Source: Planctomycetota bacterium (GTDB taxonomy: Bacteria; Planctomycetota; B15-G4; SIAN01). From it: a stretch of 64,000 nt of DNA. The translations under genes were made by a program, and so were the position numbers. The stretch spans positions 128,001-192,000 of the forward strand of contig JANNXA010000010.1 of NCBI GenBank assembly GCA_031409275.1. The letters are read 5' to 3'. The notes under the pieces are model-generated. The model ran no database searches. It saw nothing but the letters and a program-made list of their open reading frames with translations, and was not told the DNA's origin. Shown here in pieces: positions 38,756-50,450 of this stretch (position 1 is its first letter; the number at the start of each line of letters is the position of its first letter).

Positions 38756-41700
38756 TCGTCGCTGCCGAGATGGGCGAACGCCTCGAGGAAGTCGCTGGCG
38801 ACGTCGTCGGCGCGCGCGCGACGCGCCGCGTCCGACACGGCGCCCGGCACCTCGGCGAAACCGACGAACATCTCGACCGCGAGCAGCTTCTCGATCGCAA
38901 GGCGTGCATTGACGCCATCGATCGCAGGGGGCAGCGGCTCGTCCGTCGCGAGACGTGCGACGGAGCGGTCGAGCCAATCGGCGAACGGCCGCCGATCGAA
39001 GCCGAGGAGGCGATCACCGAAGTAGCCCGATGCGCCCGCCAGCAGCGTTGCGGGCGGCGCCGCCGCGCCTCGACCCTGCGCCTCGAGCGGGCCGATCAGC
39101 GTCGACAGATCGAGCGTCTGGCCGCTGTGACAGAGGATGCAGGTCGTGGCGCCGAGCGCCAGATGCATCACGAGGGCGACGTTCTGCCGATTCGCGGCGC
39201 TCGTCAGCACTCCGTCGAGATCGAACCGGCGAGCGAGCGAGCGACCGTCGAAACGCGAGTCGCCGCCGAGCCAGCGGTTGTCGAGTCCGCCGCCGATCGC
39301 CGTCGCGAAGGTGTCGAGGGCGACTGACACCGACTCATCTGCGCGGCCGAGTCGGCCACCCGGCTGCGGGAAGCGGCCGAGTCCATAGGGCGTCGCACCA
39401 AGCTGCGCGAGCCAGCCGAAGTCGCGGATCGGCTGCAACGTGCTGCAGTGAGCGGTGTCCCAAACGCGGTCGCCGAAGGCGACTCCGACACCGAGCGAAA
39501 GGGCGAAGTCGCGACCGCCGAGCGCGAGATCGGCGTACGGGTAGCTCGTGCTCCCACCGAGCGTGCCGAGCAGTTCGCCCATCGGACCCCACGCGTAGGC
39601 GTCGCTGATCGCGCCCGCCGCGTCGGTCTCGAACAGCGTGTTGCCGTTCTCGTCGAAGTGGTAGTACTCGCGCGCCGAAGTGGACAGGTCGATCGACCAG
39701 AGCAGCTCGCCCGTCGGCGTCGCGACGTAGGCGTGCGATGGCACGCCGCCATCGCTCATGAAGCCGAGGCTCGGCCGCGTCGTCGCGTCGTTCCAGGTGA
39801 ACTCGGTCAGCGGCCCGAGGTTCACGCGACCGCTCAACACCCGCCCGAGCCCGTCCCACGTGAAGTCGTAGCTGTCCGTCCCATCGTTCGCGCCGACCAG
39901 CCGGCCCGCGCCATCCCACGAGTAGCTGCGCGTGCCGTCGCCCGTCCGCCGTCCGAGCGCGTCGTAACTCAACGCCGCGTCCTGTCCCGCGGCGTCGAAG
40001 ACGCTCGTCATGACCCCGACGGCGGGCAAGCCGACCACCGGCTGCAGCCGATCTGCGGTGACGATGCGGCCGGCGTCGTCGCGCGTGAATTGCAGATCCG
40101 CCATCGATCCGGACGAGCCGTCGACGCGGAAGCGCGCCAGCCATCCGTCGTTGTCCCAGTCGTAGCGCTCGAGCACGCCGTTGCCGAAGGTGCGGGAGGC
40201 CAGACGGCCGGCGGTGTCCCAGGCGTAGTCGACGCTGCCGACGCCGCCATCGCCGACATGCGCGAGCCGCCCCGCGAGGTCGTACTGGTAGCTCACGATC
40301 AGGCCGGGCTGCAGCGTGGTGGTGAGCAACCTGCCGGCCAGGTCGCGAGTCGACGCGATGCCGTTGCTGATCTCGACGCGGCCGACGTCGTCGCGCGAAA
40401 TCGCGACATCGGTCGCCGACACGATCCGGCCATCGTCGTCGTGCAGCCACTCGATCGTCGTGCCGTCGCTGAAGTTCGCCTCGGCGAGCTCGCCGCGATC
40501 GCTCCATTGCAGGTCGACGTGCGCGGCGCCCGGCAGGTCGACGCGGCTCGGAAGACCGCGCACGTCGAGCGTCGTCAGCCACTCCCGTCCCACCGGGTCG
40601 ATCGCGCCAACGACGTCGCCACGCTCATCGCGGTTGCGCGCGAAGCGGACGCCGCCACCGCTGCCGACGCCGATGGAGCGCCCGCGCGAGTCGCGGTCGA
40701 TCGTCATCGTCTGGCCACCGTTGAGCGTCGCCGCCTCGATCACCGCGCCGCTCTCGTCGCGAGTGAAGCGGGTGCGCGCCCCCTCGCCGCTCGTCGTCTC
40801 CGCCACGCGCCCGTTGCGGTCGCGCGTGAAACGCTGCTCGCGGCCCTCGGCGCTGGTGATTCGCGTGAGCTGGCCGCGGCGATCGCTGGTGAAGGTCGTG
40901 CGCGCGCCATCGGCCGCATCGAAGCTGGCCAGCACATCCTCGTCGTCGTAGCCGAGCGAGTAGTCGAGGCCGCTGCCATCCGTCGCGCCGAGCAGGCGAC
41001 CGCTCGCGTTCCACGCGAGCTGCAACGAGATCCCGCCGCCATCCGTCACCGAGGACGGTCGACCGAGCACATCGAACTGGATCGTGGCGCTGCCGCCCTC
41101 CGGATCGAGGACCGCCCAGACGCGATCCATGCTGTCGTAGCTGAAGCTGAACGTGCGCGAACCCGGCAGCTGCACCGTCTGCAGGTTCGAGTTCATGTCC
41201 CACGCCAGCAGCGTCGTCTCGCCGATCTCGTCAGTGATCGACGTGAGGCGATCGAGGTGGTCCCAGACCGCGTGACGCATCGCGCCGCCCGACAACATCA
41301 CGTCGGTCAAGCGACCGAGCGCGTCGTAGTCAAAGCCGGTCGTCTGCCCCGCCGCATCGACCACGTGGTCGAGCAGCAGATCGGAGCGCCACCCTGCCAG
41401 GCGCACGCCGCCATCGGGCGCGGTCGCCGTCAGCACCTCGCCGCGCGCGCCGTACGTGCGGCTCCACACGCCGCCGCCGAAGTCGGTTCGCGTCAGGACG
41501 TTGCCGGCGGGGTCCCAGGTGAACTGCTCGAACTCGCCACCCGGGGCCGTGATGCGCGTCACGTCATGGAACGTGAAGCCGGACGCGACGCGCGCGCTCC
41601 ACTGCCAGCGCGTCACCGACCCATCGGGTGCCGTGACGCTCGCCGGAAAGCCCGACGCCGAGTCGAACGCAACGGTCGAGCGATCGCCGCGACGATCGAC

Positions 41701-43101
41701 CACTTGCGTGCGGCGCCCCGAGCTGTCGTAGCTGAGGGTGGCGGCCTTGCCGTTCTCGAACTGCAGTCGCGTCAGCCGGCCCGAGGCGTGGGTGTGCTGC
41801 TGCGTCGCGAACGTCGGCTCCGTGATCGTCGTCGTTCCCGCGCCGTCGTCGTAGGCGAACGTCCGCAAGTTGCCGACCGCGTCCTGCTGGCTGACGACGC
41901 GACCGCCGCTGTCGTAGGCCTGGGTCCACGGCACGTTGCCCTCGGGACGGGTGGTCGCCGCCAGCAGCGCGCGCCCCGGCAGCGTCGCCGAGTAGGCGAA
42001 GTGGGTGGCGCCGCCCTCCGCATCGGTGACCGTCGCGAGACGGCCCGATCCGTCGTAGGCGTAGCCGACCGTCCGCGTGCCGTCCGCGAGTTGCTGGAGC
42101 CGGCTGTTCGCGTCGTACGCGAGGGTGAACGCGCGGCCGAGCCCGTCCGCGACGCCGCTCAGGCGACCCGACGTGTAGCTCAGCGTCAGCGCGTTGCCGC
42201 GGCCATCGGCGACCTGCGTCATGCGACCGTTCGAGTCGAAGGTGCGCAGCACGTGCTGCTCGGGATCGCGAAGCACGAAGCCGCCGCTGCTGCCGTCGAT
42301 CAGCGCGTACGGCTGATCGCTGCCTTTGACTCGCGTCCAGGTGGTCGTGAACGGGCTGCGCTCGAAGCGGAGCTGACGGCCATCGGCGGCGGTGATCTCG
42401 ACCGCTTCGCCAAGATCAGCGAGCGACCACTCGAACGAATGGCGCCAGCCCGCGCCAAGTCGCCCGGTGGGCAGGCCGTCGGCGACGAAGCGCGACGAGT
42501 AGCGACGCGCGAAGCGCAACGGCAGCGGGCCGCGCAGCAGGAGGTCGGGGCGCTCCTCGACGAAGAGCTCGCCGGTCGCGGTGGCGACCGGATCGCCCGC
42601 GATGCCGCCAAACGGCAGGTTCCCGAAATTGGACGCGTCCAGCGCCACCGCGACCGAGACGACGTGCGGCGAGTAGGGCGAGCAGTTGTTCTCCTGGCAC
42701 GGCCCGCTCTTGCCGACGTCGGCGCCGACCCAGCAGATCTCGAGCGACGCGTTCTGCGCGACCTGCAGCGACGGCTCGGCCACCACCGCGAAGATCTGGT
42801 CGGCGCGATCGCGCACCGTGATCGTCGTACCGCCGCCGGGCAGCAGCGAACCGTCGCCCTTCGCCATGTCGAGCGCGTAGACCTTGAACACGGCACTGTT
42901 CGTGCTCTTGGCGGTGATGTCGGCCTCGCAGCCGCCAAGGTCGACCACGAAGACGAAGCCGGTGGTGCCCGGCCGCAGTTCGATGGCGTTGGGCGTCACG
43001 TCGTGCGCAGGAAGTTCGCTGGCGCAGAACGCGACGCAAAGCGCAGCCACGCTGGCACGGCAAAGCGAACGCAAGGGTGGCGCGAAGGATCGAAACGGCA
43101 T
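38752..43101 (-). CDS. Large RHS/YD-repeat protein (signal peptide, DUF6531-like, degenerate RHS core end, C-terminal CxxCH)
   Basis: GDPVATATGE...LPL.F.R.Y.S...G.GW (DUF6531-like); dozens of YD repeats; 'YYHFDENGNT...TD..G'; C-terminal CILCH. Confidence 0.88.
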   Translation of the reverse strand: MPFRSFAPPLRSLCRASVAALCVAFCASELPAHDVTPNAIELRPGTTGFVFVVDLGGCEADITAKSTNSAVFKVYALDMAKGDGSLLPGGGTTITVRDRADQIFAVVAEPSLQVAQNASLEICWVGADVGKSGPCQENNCSPYSPHVVSVAVALDASNFGNLPFGGIAGDPVATATGELFVEERPDLLLRGPLPLRFARRYSSRFVADGLPTGRLGAGWRHSFEWSLADLGEAVEITAADGRQLRFERSPFTTTWTRVKGSDQPYALIDGSSGGFVLRDPEQHVLRTFDSNGRMTQVADGRGNALTLSYTSGRLSGVADGLGRAFTLAYDANSRLQQLADGTRTVGYAYDGSGRLATVTDAEGGATHFAYSATLPGRALLAATTRPEGNVPWTQAYDSGGRVVSQQDAVGNLRTFAYDDGAGTTTITEPTFATQQHTHASGRLTRLQFENGKAATLSYDSSGRRTQVVDRRGDRSTVAFDSASGFPASVTAPDGSVTRWQWSARVASGFTFHDVTRITAPGGEFEQFTWDPAGNVLTRTDFGGGVWSRTYGARGEVLTATAPDGGVRLAGWRSDLLLDHVVDAAGQTTGFDYDALGRLTDVMLSGGAMRHAVWDHLDRLTSITDEIGETTLLAWDMNSNLQTVQLPGSRTFSFSYDSMDRVWAVLDPEGGSATIQFDVLGRPSSVTDGGGISLQLAWNASGRLLGATDGSGLDYSLGYDDEDVLASFDAADGARTTFTSDRRGQLTRITSAEGREQRFTRDRNGRVAETTSGEGARTRFTRDESGAVIEAATLNGGQTMTIDRDSRGRSIGVGSGGGVRFARNRDERGDVVGAIDPVGREWLTTLDVRGLPSRVDLPGAAHVDLQWSDRGELAEANFSDGTTIEWLHDDDGRIVSATDVAISRDDVGRVEISNGIASTRDLAGRLLTTTLQPGLIVSYQYDLAGRLAHVGDGGVGSVDYAWDTAGRLASRTFGNGVLERYDWDNDGWLARFRVDGSSGSMADLQFTRDDAGRIVTADRLQPVVGLPAVGVMTSVFDAAGQDAALSYDALGRRTGDGTRSYSWDGAGRLVGANDGTDSYDFTWDGLGRVLSGRVNLGPLTEFTWNDATTRPSLGFMSDGGVPSHAYVATPTGELLWSIDLSTSAREYYHFDENGNTLFETDAAGAISDAYAWGPMGELLGTLGGSTSYPYADLALGGRDFALSLGVGVAFGDRVWDTAHCSTLQPIRDFGWLAQLGATPYGLGRFPQPGGRLGRADESVSVALDTFATAIGGGLDNRWLGGDSRFDGRSLARRFDLDGVLTSAANRQNVALVMHLALGATTCILCHSGQTLDLSTLIGPLEAQGRGAAAPPATLLAGASGYFGDRLLGFDRRPFADWLDRSVARLATDEPLPPAIDGVNARLAIEKLLAVEMFVGFAEVPGAVSDAARRARADDVASDFLEAFAHLGSDE

Positions 43102-43210
43102 GGAGCAGCTCCCGGATCGCCCGCGCATGAAGTCGCGGGGGCGTCAGGAGAGACGGGAAGCGCTCGCAGGAGCGGACACGGCCGGGACGCGCCCCGGGCG
43201 GCGCCCGGGT

Positions 43211-43797
43211 TCAGCCGCCGTGGCCGCGCCGCGCGATCTCGAAGCAATCACGAAAGCGGGCCAGCGCGCGCTGCCGCGCCTTCTCGGCGGCGTCGCGACC
43301 GATCGACCACTGCGCCGCCTGCTCGGCGACGTCGAGGCCAGCGCAGATCCCCTCCACCAGCGCGCGATCGCGGGGCAGAAGCATGTCGAGCGCCAGCGCG
43401 GCCAGCGAGAGCTGCTCGCGACGCACGGCGAACGTGGACGGACCGGTCACCGAGGCCGCGAGCTCGCGAATCGCGCCGAGGTCGGCGCTGTCGTGCGCGC
43501 CGCCGGCGAGCCGCAGCACCTCACCGCCACGCCGCTTCAGCGCCAGCCAGTGGTCGCGACGATCGGCGAGCCAGCGCTCGCCGGCGGTGAAGAGCCAGGC
43601 GCGCTGCGCGGCCTCGTTGCCTTCGCTCGGGCGCGCGTCGCGTTCGAGCAGGTGCGCGCAGATCCCCTGCGCGAGATCGTCCGCTGTCTCGAGCCGCAAC
43701 AGCAGCCGGCCGGCGCGACGACGGACGAAGTCGGACAGGAGCTCGAGCTCCTCGCCGAGCCAGCCTCCGAGGTCGATGCGCGCATCGCGCGGCTGAC

Positions 43798-43801
<4 letters not shown>
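43211..43801 (-). CDS. ECF-type RNA polymerase sigma factor
   Basis: Sigma2 'LLRLETADDLAQ...AWLF', 'TGPS..A.RRE', sigma4 'L.PRDR......GL...E.A........A.EK..QRAL'; overlaps the kinase stop codon. Confidence 0.78.
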
Positions 43802-46839
<3,038 letters not shown>

Positions 46840-46870
46840 GGCGGCGCAGTTTGCGCCGCGAAGCGCGTCC

Positions 46871-47923
46871 CTACCAGCGCAGCAGCAGCAGTTCCGAGCA
46901 GAAACCGGGTCCCATCGCCAGCATCACGCCGAGCTTGCCGGGCAACGGGCGGCGCCGCAGCAGCGTCTGCTCGAGGATCAGCAGCACCGAGGCGCTCGAC
47001 AGGTTTCCGACCTTTTTCAGGCTCTCCCACGAGAGCGCGAGATCCTCGTCCGTCACGCCGAGCGAGTCGCGCGCTCCTTCGAGCACCTTGGGGCCGCCCG
47101 GATGGCAGACCCACGACGCGATGTCGCGCCGCGTCAGCTTCAGGTCGGCGAGGAACGCGTCGACGTCGGGGCCGAGGCGCTCGCGCGCGACCTTCGGCAC
47201 CGCCGAGGAGAGGACGAGGCTGAACCCCTTCTCGCTGATGCGCCAGCCCATCACCTCTTCGGTGTCGGGGTAGAAGACCGAGCGCGTCGCGACGATGGTC
47301 GGGCCGTTCGCGGCGCGGTCGGCGCCGACCACGATCGCGCAACTCGCGCCGTCGCCGAAGAGGCCGCTCGCGATCACGTTGGCGATGCCGGTGTCGCCGC
47401 GCTGCACCGTGAGCGAACAGAGCTCGACGCTCACCACCGCCACCACGGCGCGCGGATCGCCGCGCACGAAATCGGCGGCGCGCGCGACCGCGGCTGCGCC
47501 GGCGACGCAACCGAGCCCGAACAGCGGCATGCGCTTCACGTCGCGGCGCAGCCCCATGCGATTGACCAGGCGGGCGTCGATCGAAGGACTCGCCAGGCCG
47601 GTCACGGTGGTGAAGACGATCGCATCGACGTCCTGCACCGCGAGGCCGGCGCGTTCGAGTGCGAGCGTCAACGCGCGCTGCGCGAGGTCGGTGGCGGCCG
47701 AGATCCAGGCGTCGTTGAAATCGCCGAAGGTCGTGAACTCGGCGTAGCGCTCGAGCGGGAAGGCGAGGTGGCGGCCGTCGACCTGCACGTGATCGTGCAG
47801 CGCGTCGAGGCGGCGCAGCACGGCCGGCGCATCGCGCCAGACCACCTCCCGCAGGTAGCGCGTGAGCGTCGCCTGATCGTAGTAGTGAACCGGCAGGGCG
47901 CTGGCGACGGCGGCGATCTTCAC
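46871..47923 (-). CDS. Type III polyketide synthase (SrsA/BpsA-like)
   Basis: Catalytic triad GLGCVAG, HPGG, GNLSS; LFGDGA; MGPGF. Confidence 0.92.
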   Translation of the reverse strand: MKIAAVASALPVHYYDQATLTRYLREVVWRDAPAVLRRLDALHDHVQVDGRHLAFPLERYAEFTTFGDFNDAWISAATDLAQRALTLALERAGLAVQDVDAIVFTTVTGLASPSIDARLVNRMGLRRDVKRMPLFGLGCVAGAAAVARAADFVRGDPRAVVAVVSVELCSLTVQRGDTGIANVIASGLFGDGASCAIVVGADRAANGPTIVATRSVFYPDTEEVMGWRISEKGFSLVLSSAVPKVARERLGPDVDAFLADLKLTRRDIASWVCHPGGPKVLEGARDSLGVTDEDLALSWESLKKVGNLSSASVLLILEQTLLRRRPLPGKLGVMLAMGPGFCSELLLLRW

Positions 47924-47957
47924 AGCGAAGCGAACTCCATCGGGGACATGACGGCGA

Positions 47958-48360
47958 TCATTCGAGCAAGCTGCGACGCAGGGCCAGCCGACCAACCTCG
48001 ATCTCGAGCTGCAGAAAGCCGGGCGCGGCGCGCAAAGGGACCGGCTCCTGATCGCCGAGATCGAGCGCCTCGTCGATGATGCGCCAGCGACCCGAGAGCG
48101 TCTGGAACTGCGGCGACGACTCGCCCTGCACCAGAGCCGCGCCGGTGTACTCGCCGACCGCACGGGTACGCAGCTCGATCCACAACGTGACCGTCGGGTC
48201 GACCGAGATCACGCGGATCGTCAACTTGCCCGACGCTCGACCGTTCACCGTCTGCTACGTCGAATCGACAACGGCCTCGTCGAAGCCGCTCCACTCGAAC
48301 ACGATCGGGCGATGGGCAGCGACGTCGACGTGCTCGCGGGGCGTTGGCGATGAAGTCGGG
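47958..48360 (-). pseudogene. Possible degraded gene fragment
   Basis: Protein-like text 'HVDVAAHRPIVFEWSGFDEAVVDST*QTVNGRASGKLTIRV...' is split by an in-frame TAG at 48255-48257; no convincing start codon. Confidence 0.25.
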
Positions 48361-48554
48361 GATCGGGCGGTCGCAGCGTGAGCGGCGTGGCGCTGCAGGC
48401 GACGCGGCGCACCGGCGCGGCGACGCTGCGGTCGGGCCACCGCGTACAGCGGCGATTGAGCGGCGCCGGAGGCCGCGTGGACGGGGCCGTCACGACGACG
48501 CGCGCCGGTGGCTCGCTGCGGCTGCCGGCGAGCCAAGGAGCTCTCGTGGCGCGC

Positions 48555-48752
48555 TTACGTCTTCTTGACGAAGATCGAGCGGCCGACCCATCCCCAGATC
48601 GCGCCGAGGAAGCCGGCAAGGCAGGCGATGACGGTCGCGCGCAACGCCGCATCATCGAGTTGCGAGACGCCGCTGAGCTGAGGCGCGATCAGCCGATCGG
48701 CCACGAGGCCGACGATCACTGCACCGGTCAGGCAGGCCACCAGCATCCGCAT
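48555..48752 (-). CDS. Small two-TM membrane protein
   Basis: 65 aa, two hydrophobic helices, GGAG upstream, basic C-terminus. Confidence 0.55.
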   Translation of the reverse strand: MRMLVACLTGAVIVGLVADRLIAPQLSGVSQLDDAALRATVIACLAGFLGAIWGWVGRSIFVKKT

Positions 48753-48846
48753 CGCGCGCTCCAGGAACCGACTGACTCGATCGTCGGCTGCCGCCGGCCC
48801 GGTCTTGAGTCGGGAGCCGCGCCAAATTCCCCGCGGGTGGCGCCCA

Positions 48847-48923
48847 TGGTGTCCCCGGCGGGAGTCGAACCCACGGCCTTCGGTTTAGGAAACCAACGCT
48901 CTATCCATCTGAGCTACGGGGAC
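48847..48923 (-). tRNA. tRNA-Arg (anticodon CCT)
   Basis: GTCCCCG acceptor stem, TAGCTCAGATGGATAGAGC D-arm, TTGGT-TTCCTAA-ACCGA anticodon arm, GGTTCGACTCC T-arm, encoded CCA. Confidence 0.95.
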
Positions 48924-49033
48924 GAAGGCGGCGGGATTGTACTCGCGCCCCCGGCCGCACCGCCGCGCGCGTGGCGCGACCGCCACGTTTTTGGCGACGC
49001 CAGTGACGCTCGAAGTTCCTTTCCGCTGAACGC

Positions 49034-49067
49034 GAAGGAGTGGCGTTCAGGCAACCGCCACTCCTTC
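49034..49067. promoter_or_regulatory. Perfect 12-bp inverted repeat between the divergent tRNA and ECF genes
   Basis: GAAGGAGTGGCG-N10-CGCCACTCCTTC. Confidence 0.45.
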
Positions 49068-49181
49068 CTTCGGTGGCCCGTTCACCGTGCATCTCCCTCC
49101 CGAACGAACGACTCGAGCGCCTCTCCAAAGCGTGCGTCCCGCGACCCCCTCAGGCTCCGGCGCAGTCGCCAAGGGGCTTTC

Positions 49182-49850
49182 GTGACTTGCCCTGGCGACC
49201 CCCCGCTTTGCCACCTCGCGCGCCGCGCGCAAGGCGGAGCTGCGTCCGATTGGGCCGACCTCCACCGCACCCTGAAGGACTTCGTCTTCTGGGCGGTCCA
49301 GCGCCGCTTCTCTTCGGCGTTGCGCCGGCAGATCGAGCCGCGTGACCTGGCGCAAACGGCCTGGCTCGTGATCTTCCAGAAGCTCCCCAAAGTCGAGCTT
49401 CGGGACGACGCGTCCCTGCTCGGCTGGATCCGCAGCGTGCTCGAGAATCTCGCGACCGACCTCGAGCGGCGCCTGCTCCAACAGCGACGCGACCACCGGC
49501 GCGAGGTCGACCTCGCCAGCGTGCTGCGCGAGCTCGATGGCGACCTGCCGGCGGCGCTTCAGACCGCGACCGCCGAGCACGTCGACCGCTCCTGGGTCAG
49601 CCAGGAGTGCGCGGAAGCGGACGCCGCCATCGAGCGGCTCAATGAGCCAGACCGCGAGGCGTTCCTCCGCGTCCAAGTGCTCGGCTGCAGCGTCGCCGAA
49701 GCGGCCCGCCAGCTGAACGTGCCGGAGTCGACGGTCAGGCGCCGGGTCGAACGGGCGCGCGCGACCCTCGCCGCGATGCTCGGCGCAGCGAGCGGCGGCG
49801 AGGCCCGCGAAGAGGCCCGCAGCCATGTCCGCGAGAGGGACGCTCGCTGA
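49182..49850 (+). CDS. ECF-type RNA polymerase sigma factor
   Basis: 'LRRQIEPRDLAQ.AW', 'LLGWI....N...D..R', 'RD.RRE', sigma4 'L.EPDREA......G.SVAEAA..L..PESTVRRRV.RAR'. Confidence 0.85.
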   Translation: MTCPGDPPLCHLARRAQGGAASDWADLHRTLKDFVFWAVQRRFSSALRRQIEPRDLAQTAWLVIFQKLPKVELRDDASLLGWIRSVLENLATDLERRLLQQRRDHRREVDLASVLRELDGDLPAALQTATAEHVDRSWVSQECAEADAAIERLNEPDREAFLRVQVLGCSVAEAARQLNVPESTVRRRVERARATLAAMLGAASGGEAREEARSHVRERDAR

Positions 49851-49865
49851 CCACTCGCTTCGGCG

Positions 49866-50177
49866 CTATTGCGCCGGCGCGACGAACGGCGGCGGGTCAC
49901 ACCGCGAAGCGGCCGCCGATTCGGCCACGCCACGCGATGCCACCCCCCTCAACCGCTGCTCGAAGCGCTCGAGGCGTTCGAAGCCACGGGCGAGGATCGT
50001 CCACTCCGCGTCGAGGGCGGGTTGGTCCCGCCGCAGTTGCGCGAACTGCGTCGCGCCTGGAGTCGGGCAGACCTCCAGGAGCTTCGCAAACAGGCGCTCG
50101 GCTTCGAGCTGCCGCTGCTGCCGGGCATGCTCAACGCTGGAGGGGCGATCCTCTACGGTCATCCAATCCTTGGCCAT
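49866..50177 (-). CDS. Small hypothetical protein resembling the N-terminal helical extension of ECF-associated kinases
   Basis: 'AERLFAKLLE......QFAQLRRDQPALDAEW..L' parallels the N-terminus of the 46839 kinase (ALFDAY......EFLA..P....DL). Confidence 0.45.
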   Translation of the reverse strand: MAKDWMTVEDRPSSVEHARQQRQLEAERLFAKLLEVCPTPGATQFAQLRRDQPALDAEWTILARGFERLERFEQRLRGVASRGVAESAAASRCDPPPFVAPAQ

Positions 50178-50450
50178 CCGATGCTTCGGTGATGAACGGC
50201 CGCTTCCACGAACGCCGCCGTTCAACGCCACCCCAAGGGAACGCCCCATACGCCGCGCCGAACTGCCGCGCCGACCGCGTCCCTCGGGGAACTCACTCTT
50301 TGTTCCGTCGGTCACGCCGCCCGTGCGGCGCTACCCTCGAGAACCCCTCTGCCTATGGGAACGGCGTCGCCGCTCGTATCCGCCGTCGCTGCGGGAAAGT
50401 CCTCGTCCCTCGGGCGGCGAGCACGATGCGGGTCGACTAGGAGCCGGTAG

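Noticed and set aside
38150..43101. Classical RHS toxin-immunity pair / T6SS effector
   Set aside because: No PAAR or VgrG, no DPxG cleavage motif, no toxin motif; the downstream gene is a YD/CFI-box protein rather than an immunity-like protein.
39448..43590. 1380-aa plus-strand ORF (and similar long ORFs at 22568-26083, 28732-32277, 43864-47223, 50331-52661, 54158-56803)
   Set aside because: Antisense or alternative-frame shadows of well-supported genes; Arg/Ala-rich and motif-free, as expected at this GC content.
48255..48257. TAG readthrough (pyrrolysine or recoding)
   Set aside because: TAG is used as a normal stop by several genes here and no pyl genes are visible; decay or sequencing error is more likely.
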